The position numbers and the translations under genes were made by a program. A DNA stretch of 64,000 nucleotides from a virus, in IMG/VR virus record IMGVR_UViG_3300044475_000063, positions 34,392 to 98,391 of that record. One strand, 5' to 3'. Shown here piece after piece: positions 23,640 to 33,834 of the stretch. Below the pieces are notes generated by a model. That model worked only from the letters and a program-made list of their open reading frames with translations, searched no databases and was not told the origin of the DNA. Each line of letters opens with the position of its first letter. The stretch's first letter is position 1.

Positions 23640-25424
23640 ATGATTGTACGGGAGCTTTTAAGTCGCTTCACTTTCGCGGTTAATGAAAGCCAATTGCGCC
23701 GCTATGAGCAAGGCGTGAATAACTTCCGTCGCCAAGCAGACGAGGCTGCGGAATCGTTCCGTAATATCTTCTTGGCCTTTGCTGGCTTTGGCGCTTTGCG
23801 CTCTATTGCGCATGTCGCAGATGATATGCAATCGCTTGAGGCCCGAGTAGGCCAATTGCCGCAAACGATCACGAGTGCTGCTGATGCTTTCGACGTTGTT
23901 ACGGCCAGCGCAAGCGCCGCACGTCAATCTATTGACGCATACACCAACTTCTACATTAAGCTGCAACACGCTGGCAAAGATTTCATCAAGACCCAAGAGG
24001 AAGGGCTTTTGATTACTGATACGATCAGTAAAGCCCTTATTCTTGGCGGCGCTACGGCGCAAGAGCAAGCTTCTACGCTGCTCCAATTTGGCCAAGCAAT
24101 CGGCTCAAATGTGCTGCAAGGCGATGAGTTCCGCGCCCTTGCGGAATCCGCGCCTCAATTGGTCGATGCAATTGGTAAGCAACTAGGAATTGCTCGTGCT
24201 GACCTGAAAAAATACGCTAGTGAAGGAAAGCTAACCTCTAAAGTAGTAGTAGAGGCGGTGAAAGCTATTTCTAGCCAGTTCGATGACAGGTTCAAAGAAA
24301 TGCCGCTGACTATCGGATCAGCAACAACTATCGTTGCTAACCGATGGGCTGTATTTATCAATCGCTTGAATCGTGAAAGTTCTGCCGTCACAAAAACTGC
24401 TAATTTTTTCTTGAAGTCGTTTGATACCATCGAAAAAGGTTTGGCGGATATGGTCAAGTTCTTCGGAGGCGCAACCAATACTCTCAAGTTCTTCGGTATC
24501 GCCTTGGCTGCTGCATTGGCTCCGTTCGTGTTCCGCACTGCTGCGGGAGCAATCGCATTCCTGCTTTCTCCTATGGGCCTATTACTGGCTTCGCTGCTGC
24601 TGCTTGGCTTGGCTATTGAGGACTTCTACCAATGGATGACAGGCGGTAAATCTGTATTCCAAGAGTGGTTTGGCAACTTTGATGATGCCAAGAAAAAGCT
24701 TGATGAATATAGTGGCTGGATTCAGGCAGTGAAAATTGCTGTTGTATCCGCTGTTGGTGTGATGGTTGCAAATTGGATTTGGGCTGCTGGCATTGCCATA
24801 GTGAGTGCTGGGCAAGCATTTGGTGCTTGGATAGCTGGCCTTGTACGTTTTGGTATTGCAATGGCAGTTAATTTATTAGCAGTTGGCGCTTGGGTTGTAG
24901 GAATTTTGGCGCAAACCGCAATTCTTGTGGCTGGTTGGATTGCATCATTCGTAAGTATGGCGCTGGCTGCTGCACCAGTGATTTTACCAATCCTAGCAAT
25001 TATCGCTGCTATAGCATTGGTTGTATCAGGTATTTACTACCTGTACAAAAATTGGAATAAAGTATGGACAGGAATAAAAGATATAGCATCTAATGTATGG
25101 GATGGTATATCAGGCGGATTTAGTGCTATGGTAAATAAGTTAAAAGTCTACTGGAATTCTTTTAAATCATTCTTCGGAATGAAGGTAGATACAACTATCG
25201 GCGCAACTGGAACAGCACCTGTTGTTACTCCTACCGTTGCTGCTGGGGCTGCTGTTTCTGCTGGTGGAGTTGCTGGCGGTAATTCATCTGTTGTTATTAA
25301 TCAGACTTTGCCACCAGGAAGCCCGGCGGAAACAGCAGAAGCAGCTAGGGTAGCAACTCAACAGGCTTTGGATGATGCAGCAATTAGCCGTTTATCTCGG
25401 CAGATGGGGCAGGTAGGTGGATGA
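23640..25424 (+). CDS. tail tape measure protein
   Basis: 594 aa, helical N-terminal half, long hydrophobic Gly/Ala/Ile-rich segments, canonical position. Confidence 0.85.
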   Translation: MIVRELLSRFTFAVNESQLRRYEQGVNNFRRQADEAAESFRNIFLAFAGFGALRSIAHVADDMQSLEARVGQLPQTITSAADAFDVVTASASAARQSIDAYTNFYIKLQHAGKDFIKTQEEGLLITDTISKALILGGATAQEQASTLLQFGQAIGSNVLQGDEFRALAESAPQLVDAIGKQLGIARADLKKYASEGKLTSKVVVEAVKAISSQFDDRFKEMPLTIGSATTIVANRWAVFINRLNRESSAVTKTANFFLKSFDTIEKGLADMVKFFGGATNTLKFFGIALAAALAPFVFRTAAGAIAFLLSPMGLLLASLLLLGLAIEDFYQWMTGGKSVFQEWFGNFDDAKKKLDEYSGWIQAVKIAVVSAVGVMVANWIWAAGIAIVSAGQAFGAWIAGLVRFGIAMAVNLLAVGAWVVGILAQTAILVAGWIASFVSMALAAAPVILPILAIIAAIALVVSGIYYLYKNWNKVWTGIKDIASNVWDGISGGFSAMVNKLKVYWNSFKSFFGMKVDTTIGATGTAPVVTPTVAAGAAVSAGGVAGGNSSVVINQTLPPGSPAETAEAARVATQQALDDAAISRLSRQMGQVGG

Positions 25425-26077
25425 GTGAGCAAGTAGGGATTCTGTTTAGGGATGGGAAACCATTATCTAGGTTTGAATCTGATCTATTTTCCATGGAGTT
25501 TGACGCTGTTCTTACAGAGGGCCACTCATGGTCAAATGATATTACGTCTAACCCTGTAGAGCGTGGCGTAGATGTTACTGACCATATCCGCGAGATTCCA
25601 GATCAAATTACACTTGTTGGGTTTGTTACTAATACGCCTTTTCTTGAAGGCGTAGATACAAACACAATTACAGATGACGACGAGGATAAAGTACAAGCAA
25701 TAATTGATAGGATGCGTCTTATCAGGGCAGAAAGATCAACTGTAGTCATATATACTAAATATGTTCAATATAAAGATATGGCTATTAAGTCAATAGACTT
25801 TACGCGTGATTCAAGCAATACAAATTCTGTAATTTTCACAATACAATTCCAGAATATAAAATTGGTTGAAACACAAACAGTTGATGTTCCTGCTGGTATA
25901 AGCAAAAAACTAGACAAAAAATCTGGCGATGCGGTAAAGAAAAAAACTGAGCCACAAAAGGCAGGCGGGGCAAAGCAGCCGAAGGAGCCTGAAAAGGCAA
26001 GTTCCGTACTTTCAAACACTTTGCCAAAACTAAAAGATTTTATTTTGGGGAAACAGCCAACAATCCCAGGATCGTAA
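25421..26077 (+). CDS. tail/baseplate protein (218 aa)
   Basis: Overlapping stop/start after the tape-measure gene. Confidence 0.55.
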   Translation: MSEQVGILFRDGKPLSRFESDLFSMEFDAVLTEGHSWSNDITSNPVERGVDVTDHIREIPDQITLVGFVTNTPFLEGVDTNTITDDDEDKVQAIIDRMRLIRAERSTVVIYTKYVQYKDMAIKSIDFTRDSSNTNSVIFTIQFQNIKLVETQTVDVPAGISKKLDKKSGDAVKKKTEPQKAGGAKQPKEPEKASSVLSNTLPKLKDFILGKQPTIPGS

Positions 26078-26082
26078 TAATC

Positions 26083-26448
26083 ATGACAATAGCATTTGAA
26101 ATACCATTACTTTCTGAAACTGCGGATCAAACGCTAGATATCACGATTGATAGCATTCCTTACACAATGCGCGTATTGTGGAATGTGCGCTTTGAATACT
26201 TCTCTCTAAGCATCTATGAGAAGGGAGGCGATGCTATCCTGACCAATGTTAAGATGGTTCCATACTTCCCACTGGTAGGCATATATAGGAAATTTCCTTT
26301 TGCTGGCGATCTTTATTTTCTTCATCGTGGTGGAAAGACCTATCGCCCAGGATATGAGGATATTGGAGGATCGGCCTATGGGCTGTACTACTACGATCCA
26401 GAAACGCCGATTGAGTACCCTATACCTTTAGAGCCTGTGGAGCCTTGA
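26083..26448 (+). CDS. tail/baseplate protein (121 aa)
   Basis: Operon position. Confidence 0.5.
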   Translation: MTIAFEIPLLSETADQTLDITIDSIPYTMRVLWNVRFEYFSLSIYEKGGDAILTNVKMVPYFPLVGIYRKFPFAGDLYFLHRGGKTYRPGYEDIGGSAYGLYYYDPETPIEYPIPLEPVEP

Positions 26449-26449
26449 T

Positions 26450-27382
26450 ATGCCATTGTTCAATAGGGTTGCTGAGTTGGTTGTAGGCCAATCAGGCAAG
26501 GAAGGCTTGCTCATTAAGGATTTGCGTATTTCATTTTCGATTGAGAAGACGCTCACGGAGACGCTTAACACGTCAACAGTTCGCATCTACAACCTGAATC
26601 CGACCTCGCGCAAGCTGGTGGAGACGCCAAACAATGCGGTTATATTGAAAGCTGGATATAGTCAGGACAAAGGGGCGCTGACAATCTTTGTTGGAATCGT
26701 GCGCCGCTCCTTGACAGTGCGCGAGGGTGTTGATTGGGTGACTGAGCTAGAGCTTGATGACGGACTGATTGCATACCGTGACAGCAAGTTTTCGACTAGC
26801 TTTGCTCCGGGCGCAAAAGGCGTTGATGTTCTTAAGCAGGTCGCTGATAAATTCGGCATTACTGTAGGCAAGCTGCCGGATGCAATCGAGCAAAAGATTT
26901 ACCCTAACGGCTTCTCGTTCGTTGGCCGCGCTCGTGACGCTATGGCAAAGGTCTGCAATTACTTGGGCCTTGAATGGTCGATTCAAAATCAGACTATTCA
27001 AGTTCTGAAAAAAGGCGGCTACCGAGAGCGCACGGCAATTGTCATTTCACCAGAAACCGGCATGATTAAGTCGCCGCAGCTTGAGGCTAAGACGATGAGT
27101 GATAAGCTAGCAGCAAAGCAGGGCTTGACGACGAATAGCGCAGGCGTAGTGACAAAGAAATCAGATAAACTGACTGTCAGCGGGAATCCGCCAAAAGACC
27201 GCCTTGAGGTGCAGGGATACAAGGTTGAGACTCTTATGCAGCCTACTATCTTGCCTGGTGACGTAGTTAAGATCAAAGCAGAAGGTGTTGATAACTTCTT
27301 TAAAGTGGAGAAAGTTACCCATCAAGGAGATACTCATGGTGATGAATGGGTATCCGAATGCAGCGTACGATTTATAAGTTGA
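26450..27382 (+). CDS. baseplate hub-like protein (gpD / Mu gp44-like, putative)
   Basis: 310 aa, lies upstream of the spike-like gene. Confidence 0.5.
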   Translation: MPLFNRVAELVVGQSGKEGLLIKDLRISFSIEKTLTETLNTSTVRIYNLNPTSRKLVETPNNAVILKAGYSQDKGALTIFVGIVRRSLTVREGVDWVTELELDDGLIAYRDSKFSTSFAPGAKGVDVLKQVADKFGITVGKLPDAIEQKIYPNGFSFVGRARDAMAKVCNYLGLEWSIQNQTIQVLKKGGYRERTAIVISPETGMIKSPQLEAKTMSDKLAAKQGLTTNSAGVVTKKSDKLTVSGNPPKDRLEVQGYKVETLMQPTILPGDVVKIKAEGVDNFFKVEKVTHQGDTHGDEWVSECSVRFIS

Positions 27383-27383
27383 T

Positions 27384-28058
27384 ATGGCAGAAGAAACTAA
27401 TGACTTCGTAGCGAGCCTGCGAACCCTAATTCAAAGCGAACTACTGGACTTCAATACGTCCGTAGAAGGCACTGTGCGAGCCTATGCAAACGGCTTGGCT
27501 ACGGTTCTTCCTGACGCTACTAAACGATTTGCAGACGGCGATACGCTGCCCTTCCCCCAGCTTTTCCAAGTTCCCATCCGTTGGCCTTCTTTTAATGGTG
27601 GAAGTTGCGGCATCAAAGGCCCGATTCGTGTAGGTGATAAAGTTCTAGTAGTGTTCGCGCAGCAAGCACGAGATGGGACTGACGACGAACGCCGCTTTGA
27701 TATGACTGATGCCTACGCTATCCCATGCGGAAATGCACAAGCTGGTCAGGCATCAAACAATGCTGACATGATTATGTGGTTTGGTGATGCGTATATCAAA
27801 TTGACAGAAAGCGGCGCTCTTGAGATTAATGCCCCAGGCGGCAGTAAGATTATCACGCCAAACAATGAATTTACCGGAAATAATAAAGTTGATGGAAATC
27901 AGCAGACTATCGGGACAACAACTAATACTGGAGCAACTGCAATGAATGGCGGATTTAGTAGCATTGGCTCTGCAACCAATGATGGTAAAAACATTGGTGA
28001 CGATCATCGCCATAGCGGCGTACAAACTGGCACTGGTCAGTCTGGTCCAGTTGTATAA
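27384..28058 (+). CDS. baseplate central spike protein (gpV / Mu gp45-like, putative)
   Basis: OB-fold-like N-terminus and a Gly/Thr-rich C-terminal tip with DDHRHSGVQTGTGQSG. Confidence 0.55.
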   Translation: MAEETNDFVASLRTLIQSELLDFNTSVEGTVRAYANGLATVLPDATKRFADGDTLPFPQLFQVPIRWPSFNGGSCGIKGPIRVGDKVLVVFAQQARDGTDDERRFDMTDAYAIPCGNAQAGQASNNADMIMWFGDAYIKLTESGALEINAPGGSKIITPNNEFTGNNKVDGNQQTIGTTTNTGATAMNGGFSSIGSATNDGKNIGDDHRHSGVQTGTGQSGPVV

Positions 28059-28066
28059 TCTAGAAT

Positions 28067-28417
28067 ATGAACGATTTAGCCCTAGACCCTGCAACTGGAG
28101 ATCTTTCCATAGTTGGCTTTGAACTTTATGTAGTTCAAGGCGCTGATGCTGTACGACAACAGCTTGATATGAAATTATCGCTATGGACTGGCGCATGGTT
28201 TCTGGATACTGAGTTTGGTACACCATATTTGGATAGTGTCTTGGGCAAACAAGTAAGTTTGAATGGTGCTATATCAGCGCTTAAAAAGTCGATCCTTGAA
28301 GTTCAAGACGTGGATAAAATTACACAATTCAATTTCAGTTTTGATCGACAGCAACGGAAAATAAGCGTTTCTTTTGAATGCTCAACGGCATACGGACTAA
28401 TTAGGACTAGCACATGA
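28067..28417 (+). CDS. baseplate wedge protein (gpW/gp25-like, putative)
   Basis: 116 aa, directly upstream of the J-like gene. Confidence 0.5.
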   Translation: MNDLALDPATGDLSIVGFELYVVQGADAVRQQLDMKLSLWTGAWFLDTEFGTPYLDSVLGKQVSLNGAISALKKSILEVQDVDKITQFNFSFDRQQRKISVSFECSTAYGLIRTST

Positions 28418-29829
28418 GTTTGACCTCAACAGGGCTTGAGCGACCACGCCTAGCCGAACTAAAGGCCGATCTGGATCAAAGCATTACTGATGTGCTTGGT
28501 CCGGTAAATGTCGCGCCAGATGCAGTTCTAGGACAGATTGACGGCATCAATGCCGCTGCCTTAGATGATGTATGGGAAGCAGTTCAGGATAATTATGACA
28601 GTATGTATCCATCTAGCGCGGAAGGTGTTAGTTTGGACCGTGCTGTATCGTTCTTGGGCCTTGTGCGAATCCCTGCTGCACCTGTTGTAGTTACAGCAGC
28701 TATCTATGGCACAGAAGGGGCAGTAGTTCCTGTAAATGCGCTGGCACATGCTGACGTACAATATTTCAATACTTCTCAAGTCACGATTACTCAAGCAAGC
28801 GTGATTGATACTATTGTTGGTGTTGCAGCCGCATTTGATGCGGTTACTTACACGGTGACACTTAATGGTACGCCATACTCTTATTTGTCAGGCGCTGGCG
28901 CTACAAAAACTTCTATTGCACTTGGCTTAAAAACTGCAATTGGCGCTGCATATATAGTTTCTGTAACTGACGATAAGCTGCGCATCAGCGCATTGGATGG
29001 CGAAACGCCATTTCCTATTCTCATAACTGATAATCTGACGCTTGATAGCATCGGCTCTCCTGCTATCTTCGTTTCTGTAGTTAGTGGCGCTCGTGGTTTG
29101 CCTGTTGGTGCATTATCGAATGTAGATACTCCTGTATTCGGCTGGACTGGTATATATAACTTGCTTCCAGGCGCTGGCAGTCGAGATGTTGAGTCAGATA
29201 TTGATTTGCGCCTACGTCATGCTACGGCATCTCGTGCTACTGGTTCAGCAACCGTTAAGGCAATTCGTGCGCGCTTGCTAGCAGAGGTTCCAGGGGTTAC
29301 GGCTGTCTCTATCTATGAGAATCGTACCAGCAGTGTAGTTTCTTCGCGTCCACCTCATTCATTTGAAGCAGTTGTACAAGGTGGAGTAGACCAGCTTGTA
29401 GGAAACAACATTTGGGAAAATAAACCAGCAGGTATAGAAACTTATGGCAACGTGACAGTTAATGTCACTGATGATAATGGCGATCTGCAAGCTACTAAAT
29501 TTTCGCGCCCAACCTCTAAATATCTATGGGTACGCGTGACTGTTACCGCACTTTATCCAGAAGAGGATTTGCCGTCAAATACTGAGCAAGCAATCATAGA
29601 TGCTGTGTTAGCAACATCAAGCGCGCTCACTGTTGGAGAGGACGTTATTACTCAGCGCTTTATCGGACCGATTTATGCCGCAACTACGGGCATCGGAATG
29701 ATTACTGTTGAAACTGCTTTGACTAATTTACCCGGCGATACTCCAACCTACACAACTGCAAACAAAGCAATCTCGTTTGCAGAATTAGCTATTGCTGCTC
29801 AAAGTCGAATCACGGTACTTGGCCTATGA
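28414..29829 (+). CDS. baseplate J-like protein
   Basis: 471 aa, canonical position, overlapping stop/start. Confidence 0.6.
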   Translation: MSLTSTGLERPRLAELKADLDQSITDVLGPVNVAPDAVLGQIDGINAAALDDVWEAVQDNYDSMYPSSAEGVSLDRAVSFLGLVRIPAAPVVVTAAIYGTEGAVVPVNALAHADVQYFNTSQVTITQASVIDTIVGVAAAFDAVTYTVTLNGTPYSYLSGAGATKTSIALGLKTAIGAAYIVSVTDDKLRISALDGETPFPILITDNLTLDSIGSPAIFVSVVSGARGLPVGALSNVDTPVFGWTGIYNLLPGAGSRDVESDIDLRLRHATASRATGSATVKAIRARLLAEVPGVTAVSIYENRTSSVVSSRPPHSFEAVVQGGVDQLVGNNIWENKPAGIETYGNVTVNVTDDNGDLQATKFSRPTSKYLWVRVTVTALYPEEDLPSNTEQAIIDAVLATSSALTVGEDVITQRFIGPIYAATTGIGMITVETALTNLPGDTPTYTTANKAISFAELAIAAQSRITVLGL

Positions 29830-30482
29830 TGGATTACTCTTCTGTAGCTCGTGTTAGATTGGCGGGTAGAATAAATCAAAAGCCTTTAGTAGAGGCGGTT
29901 GCTACTTCTTTGCCTAAGCAATTGACCATTGTTGAAGCAACTCTTGACCAACTAAAGAATGAGCGCTCAATCGATACAGCAATTGGAGTGCAGCTAGATA
30001 GGGTAGGTGAGATTGTTGGCGAACCACGTAATGGGCGTGATGATGAAACTTATCGTCAATACATAAAATTCCGTGTTTTTGTTAATGTATCAAAAGGTAG
30101 GCCGCATGATGTAAGCTATGCAACTAGATTTATTACGCAAGGGGATGATATCCAATATCAAGAATTCTTCCCGGCGCAAGTTGTAATGTTTAGTGATGGC
30201 TATGCAGCAAATCAGGATACGCCATCGCTTTTACAAGATGTCTCTCCCGCAGCAGTTTTTGATATCCCTTTAGTAGTTTCATTTGGCGAGACGCCATTTA
30301 GAACTTCTACAGTTAATATGAATATCGACAATGATTCTGAACTTGCTGGTATACAATTAGGGGTGTTTGTTACGCTTCGTAATAAACGTTTAATGACGTT
30401 AAGCGGCAAGCGAATAAGAATTAAACAAAATTATCGTACATACACTAGCGATACTAGACTAAATGGGGTTTATCAAGCATGA
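29826..30482 (+). CDS. baseplate/tail-fibre attachment protein (putative)
   Basis: Operon position after the J-like gene. Confidence 0.45.
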   Translation: MMDYSSVARVRLAGRINQKPLVEAVATSLPKQLTIVEATLDQLKNERSIDTAIGVQLDRVGEIVGEPRNGRDDETYRQYIKFRVFVNVSKGRPHDVSYATRFITQGDDIQYQEFFPAQVVMFSDGYAANQDTPSLLQDVSPAAVFDIPLVVSFGETPFRTSTVNMNIDNDSELAGIQLGVFVTLRNKRLMTLSGKRIRIKQNYRTYTSDTRLNGVYQA

Positions 30483-30919
30483 CGACATTTGCTGAAACTT
30501 CTGTGCAATATCCAGATGGGCAATCAAATGTCTATCCATTGCCTGAAAATATTATGACTCAAGGATTTGCGCCTAAGCAATCAGGAGTTCGCGGGCAACC
30601 TCTAGCGGCTAATTGGCTTAATTGGCTTTTCCGAGAGCTTTTTCGACGTGTAAATAAAGATAGGCTTACTGATGGGAATGGCTCAGGTATTTTGTCCTCT
30701 GCTGATTCTGATTCGTTTGTAACTATTCATGCTGTTGTAAAAACAGACCCTACAAAATGGATATCCGCTATTGGTTATAAGACTGCAAATGGAGTACCAG
30801 CAATGAAAGTTACTAGTTCAGGAACGCTTGCTTTAGGTACTCTTACAGCAACAGATATCCCAATCACTGGTGCAACTGCAAGCACTATTGCATTGCGTGT
30901 AACCGTTACGGGGGCATAA
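30479..30919 (+). CDS. tail fibre-associated protein (putative)
   Basis: Operon position. Confidence 0.4.
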   Translation: MTTFAETSVQYPDGQSNVYPLPENIMTQGFAPKQSGVRGQPLAANWLNWLFRELFRRVNKDRLTDGNGSGILSSADSDSFVTIHAVVKTDPTKWISAIGYKTANGVPAMKVTSSGTLALGTLTATDIPITGATASTIALRVTVTGA

Positions 30920-31221
30920 TGGCACTTACCGCAGTTGAAGAAGGACAATTACGCGACCTTCTACAATATTTTTCTGGACTTTCTGACATTGGGGCTTCTT
31001 CTTCCGATGTTATGGCCGCACTTGCTTATGGAGAAGTGGTAGTAACAGACTTGCCAAGTGCTGGGACTTATAATGCTAGTGATGTTTTTTATCTTGCACA
31101 AAATGGGCAGGACGTTAAAACTAGCGTAACAGATTTTGCAACTTATGTAGCCGCTGCTGTTACTGGCGGTATTCCAATCGGCGTAACCGCTGAAGAACTT
31201 TACTTCATGAGTCAATCATAA
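30919..31221 (+). CDS. hypothetical tail-module protein (100 aa)
   Basis: ATAATG junctions on both sides. Confidence 0.45.
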   Translation: MALTAVEEGQLRDLLQYFSGLSDIGASSSDVMAALAYGEVVVTDLPSAGTYNASDVFYLAQNGQDVKTSVTDFATYVAAAVTGGIPIGVTAEELYFMSQS

Positions 31222-31541
31222 TGGCAAACGGAACTTTAGCCCAAGGCCGATTAACGGCTAATACAATTGTGCCTGTTTATCCTGTACCTTCGGGGAAGGT
31301 TACTAACTACAATATTAGGATTGTAAATAATGATCCTATTAATGCTGTAGCAATTAGATATACTCATTCAGTTGCTAATAATGCGCAGGCCAATGGTGAA
31401 TATATGCTTCCTAAAGATATTGTTTTGGAAGCTGGAGGTTTTTTTGAGGAAACTGCTTTAATGATAAGCGGCAATAGGTTTATTAACCTATTTACAACTG
31501 GTAGCCAAGTAGATTATAACGTTTATGGGTATGAAAAATAA
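31221..31541 (+). CDS. hypothetical tail-module protein (106 aa)
   Basis: Tight packing in the operon. Confidence 0.45.
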   Translation: MANGTLAQGRLTANTIVPVYPVPSGKVTNYNIRIVNNDPINAVAIRYTHSVANNAQANGEYMLPKDIVLEAGGFFEETALMISGNRFINLFTTGSQVDYNVYGYEK

Positions 31542-32323
31542 TGGGCCATTATACTAAACCTGTTCAAAATACGAACATAATTTCTAGCGCTGCAAATAAT
31601 ATAGCCACTGGCAAGTTTGGCAATGGTAATGTGGCATTTATTAATTCAACCCAAACATTTACTATTCCAGCTGTTAATATTAGGGTTAGGGGTTGGGGCG
31701 CTGGTGGGAATGTAGCAGCTATTAGCAATGCTGGCGGCGCTGGTGCTGGTGGATTTTTTCTTAAAACGATTACCGGCCTAACTGTTGGGGCAACTGTTTC
31801 AGCTACAGTTGGGGCAACTGCTGGCTCAAGCACATCTTTTGGAGCTTATGCTTCGGCTACTGGCGGCGCTAGCTCTACAACCTCTTCTGGTGGGGCTGGT
31901 GGTAGTGGCTCTAGTGGCGATATTAATTCCACAGGTGGTTCTGGTGGGGTCAATGGAGCATCTGGCGGTGTAGGGGGGGTTTTTGGAAATGGCGGCGCTG
32001 GCTGGTTATCTGGCGGAACGTCAAGTATGAATGGCAATTCTGGCGGTGGTTCATCTAGTTCTACTATACCTGCTGGTAATGGTGTATTTGGTCATGGTGG
32101 AAATATTACAAGCGGCAATGGTGAACCCGGTGATAACTATTCCATAGATTGGATTGGTACTGGTGGTGGCGGCGGTCCTTCCACTGCTGGTAATGGAGCA
32201 GGACACGGAGCAAACGGGGGGGGTGGTGGCGGAAGTACCAATGGAGCAAACTGCGGAGATGGTGGATTCCCTGGCGGTGGCGGCAGGATTGGCGCTCGTG
32301 GTCTAATTATCGTGGAGTGGTAA
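31541..32323 (+). CDS. glycine-rich tail-fibre-like protein
   Basis: Irregular GGxGG tracts ending in ...GARGLIIVEW, a pattern seen in phage glycine-rich fibre domains. Confidence 0.6.
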   Translation: MGHYTKPVQNTNIISSAANNIATGKFGNGNVAFINSTQTFTIPAVNIRVRGWGAGGNVAAISNAGGAGAGGFFLKTITGLTVGATVSATVGATAGSSTSFGAYASATGGASSTTSSGGAGGSGSSGDINSTGGSGGVNGASGGVGGVFGNGGAGWLSGGTSSMNGNSGGGSSSSTIPAGNGVFGHGGNITSGNGEPGDNYSIDWIGTGGGGGPSTAGNGAGHGANGGGGGGSTNGANCGDGGFPGGGGRIGARGLIIVEW

Positions 32324-32324
32324 A

Positions 32325-32498
32325 ATGACGTCCTATGCTCGCGTGATTGATGACGTTGCAGTAGAGATTTTTGTTCCATTGCCGGGATTTACGCTTGAAG
32401 AATCCTTCACGCCAGAAGTAGCGGCAATGTTTCAAGAGGTTCCAGACAATGTAAAAGTTGGATGGATTTATAAAAACGGTAAATGGGTTAAACCATAA
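32325..32498 (+). CDS. small tail-module protein (57 aa, MTSYARVIDD...GWIYKNGKWVKP)
   Basis: Not in the ORF track. Begins 2 nt after the fibre gene stop. Confidence 0.4.
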   Translation: MTSYARVIDDVAVEIFVPLPGFTLEESFTPEVAAMFQEVPDNVKVGWIYKNGKWVKP

Positions 32499-32616
32499 TA
32501 GGAACTGAAAATGAAAATTTATGAAATGTCTGGTCATGGCGACCCTCCACCAAAGCCTACTACGCCTCCTACTCCACAAGCAGTTCCCCCAGTAGACGAC
32601 GAGACGAAAGTCTAAA

Positions 32617-33015
32617 ATGCTGTACGCGGCATTTAGTCTGTTAATACTGATTGCCGCTGTCCTCAACAAAGAGGATAAAAAAACGCTCGTGCTCTGCCTA
32701 ATGGTAAGCGCGGGTTTTTTTTCGCCACTCCCAAACAACGATTGGTTGATGTTTTATGTTTGTGGCATTTGCACTGAATTGTGCGTTGCCATGTTAGCGT
32801 GGCACTTAAATTGCGCCGCATCTAGATCAATCGTGGTAGTGTCGCTGTTGATGGCGATATGTCACACAACAGGAATTATTTACGATGGATATCCGCCACT
32901 CAGCCCATACAGAATTCTCGTGCCAGCGTTTGAGCTTGCAGAGCCGTTTTTCATCATTCTTACTTCGCGTTGGGTTTCAAACCTACTTCACAATCATGAA
33001 TCGCCGCCTGTCTGA
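32617..33015 (+). CDS. multi-pass membrane protein (132 aa)
   Basis: Four hydrophobic segments. Start of the lysis-region membrane gene set. Confidence 0.5.
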   Translation: MLYAAFSLLILIAAVLNKEDKKTLVLCLMVSAGFFSPLPNNDWLMFYVCGICTELCVAMLAWHLNCAASRSIVVVSLLMAICHTTGIIYDGYPPLSPYRILVPAFELAEPFFIILTSRWVSNLLHNHESPPV

Positions 33016-33424
33016 TTACGCATTGACCGTGTTACGGATTTACATGGGGGGGAATGCCATTGTTGCGTGGCATACGGCTATTAGCGAGCCTAGATCATTG
33101 ATTGCAGAGGCTACACGCACTCCAGATTCACTAGTTCTTATTTGGCTTCTAGGCATTGTAGGAGTACTTTTTGCGGTAGACGTTATAATAAATGACATTA
33201 TGCCGCAGCGATTTATTTGGAAGCGAGCGCTTAAATACAGGCATTTCCTATTTTCAGCGCTCGCATATTGCTATGTTGCGCAATTGTTTGTCGGTGTTAT
33301 GGCTCATCAAGGCTTAGCACTGCTTATTTCTTTCGTCTGGAATGCTTCGATAATTATGATTGCGGCATTCTTGGACGCTAAAAAACGTTCAAGGGACGCG
33401 GGATGCGCAATGTTATACAACTGA
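32996..33424 (+). CDS. multi-pass membrane protein (142 aa from MNRRLSDY)
   Basis: Hydrophobic segments. The ORF is open from 32885 but the upstream part overlaps the previous gene. Confidence 0.5.
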   Translation: MNRRLSDYALTVLRIYMGGNAIVAWHTAISEPRSLIAEATRTPDSLVLIWLLGIVGVLFAVDVIINDIMPQRFIWKRALKYRHFLFSALAYCYVAQLFVGVMAHQGLALLISFVWNASIIMIAAFLDAKKRSRDAGCAMLYN

Positions 33425-33834
33425 GAAAGTTTGTCTTTGCATGGCTGATAGTTCTTTGGAGCGTAGCCGCATGGGCCGCTGAATCAACCTTTGCAAAAGA
33501 TATGGCCTCGATTCCACTAGAGGCTATTCAGTTGACGGTTTTCCTTTCTTTTATTGGTGGCTTAGCATTCACTACCAACAAAATATCAAAGCCCGATGTA
33601 GTCGTAAAAAATGTTTGGCTTGAAATGGCAAAGGACATTCTTGCTTCTGTAGTCGCTGGTCTTGTTACTTTCTTCTTCGGCTTGTGGGTCGGCGCTCCGT
33701 GGGCGCTTCAAGCTGCACTGATTACCATTGCTGGGTTTGGTGGTTCTAAAACCCTTGATAAATACCTCAACGATGCACTGTTTTCTTGGATCGAGAAAGC
33801 AAAGGCAGCGCCTACCGGAGATAAAGCACCATGA
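33403..33834 (+). CDS. holin candidate (143 aa, 3-4 TM)
   Basis: TM segments, a charged C-terminus, and a position immediately upstream of the wall-active candidate and the spanins. Confidence 0.45.
   Translation: MRNVIQLRKFVFAWLIVLWSVAAWAAESTFAKDMASIPLEAIQLTVFLSFIGGLAFTTNKISKPDVVVKNVWLEMAKDILASVVAGLVTFFFGLWVGAPWALQAALITIAGFGGSKTLDKYLNDALFSWIEKAKAAPTGDKAP

Noticed and set aside
31541-32323. Glycine-rich 260-aa protein as a second exotic repeat system or collagen-like protein
   Set aside because: The Gly tracts are irregular (not Gly-X-Y and not tandem at the DNA level). The gene sits in the fibre module and ends with the hydrophobic ...LIIVEW tail typical of phage glycine-rich fibre domains, so it is an ordinary structural protein.
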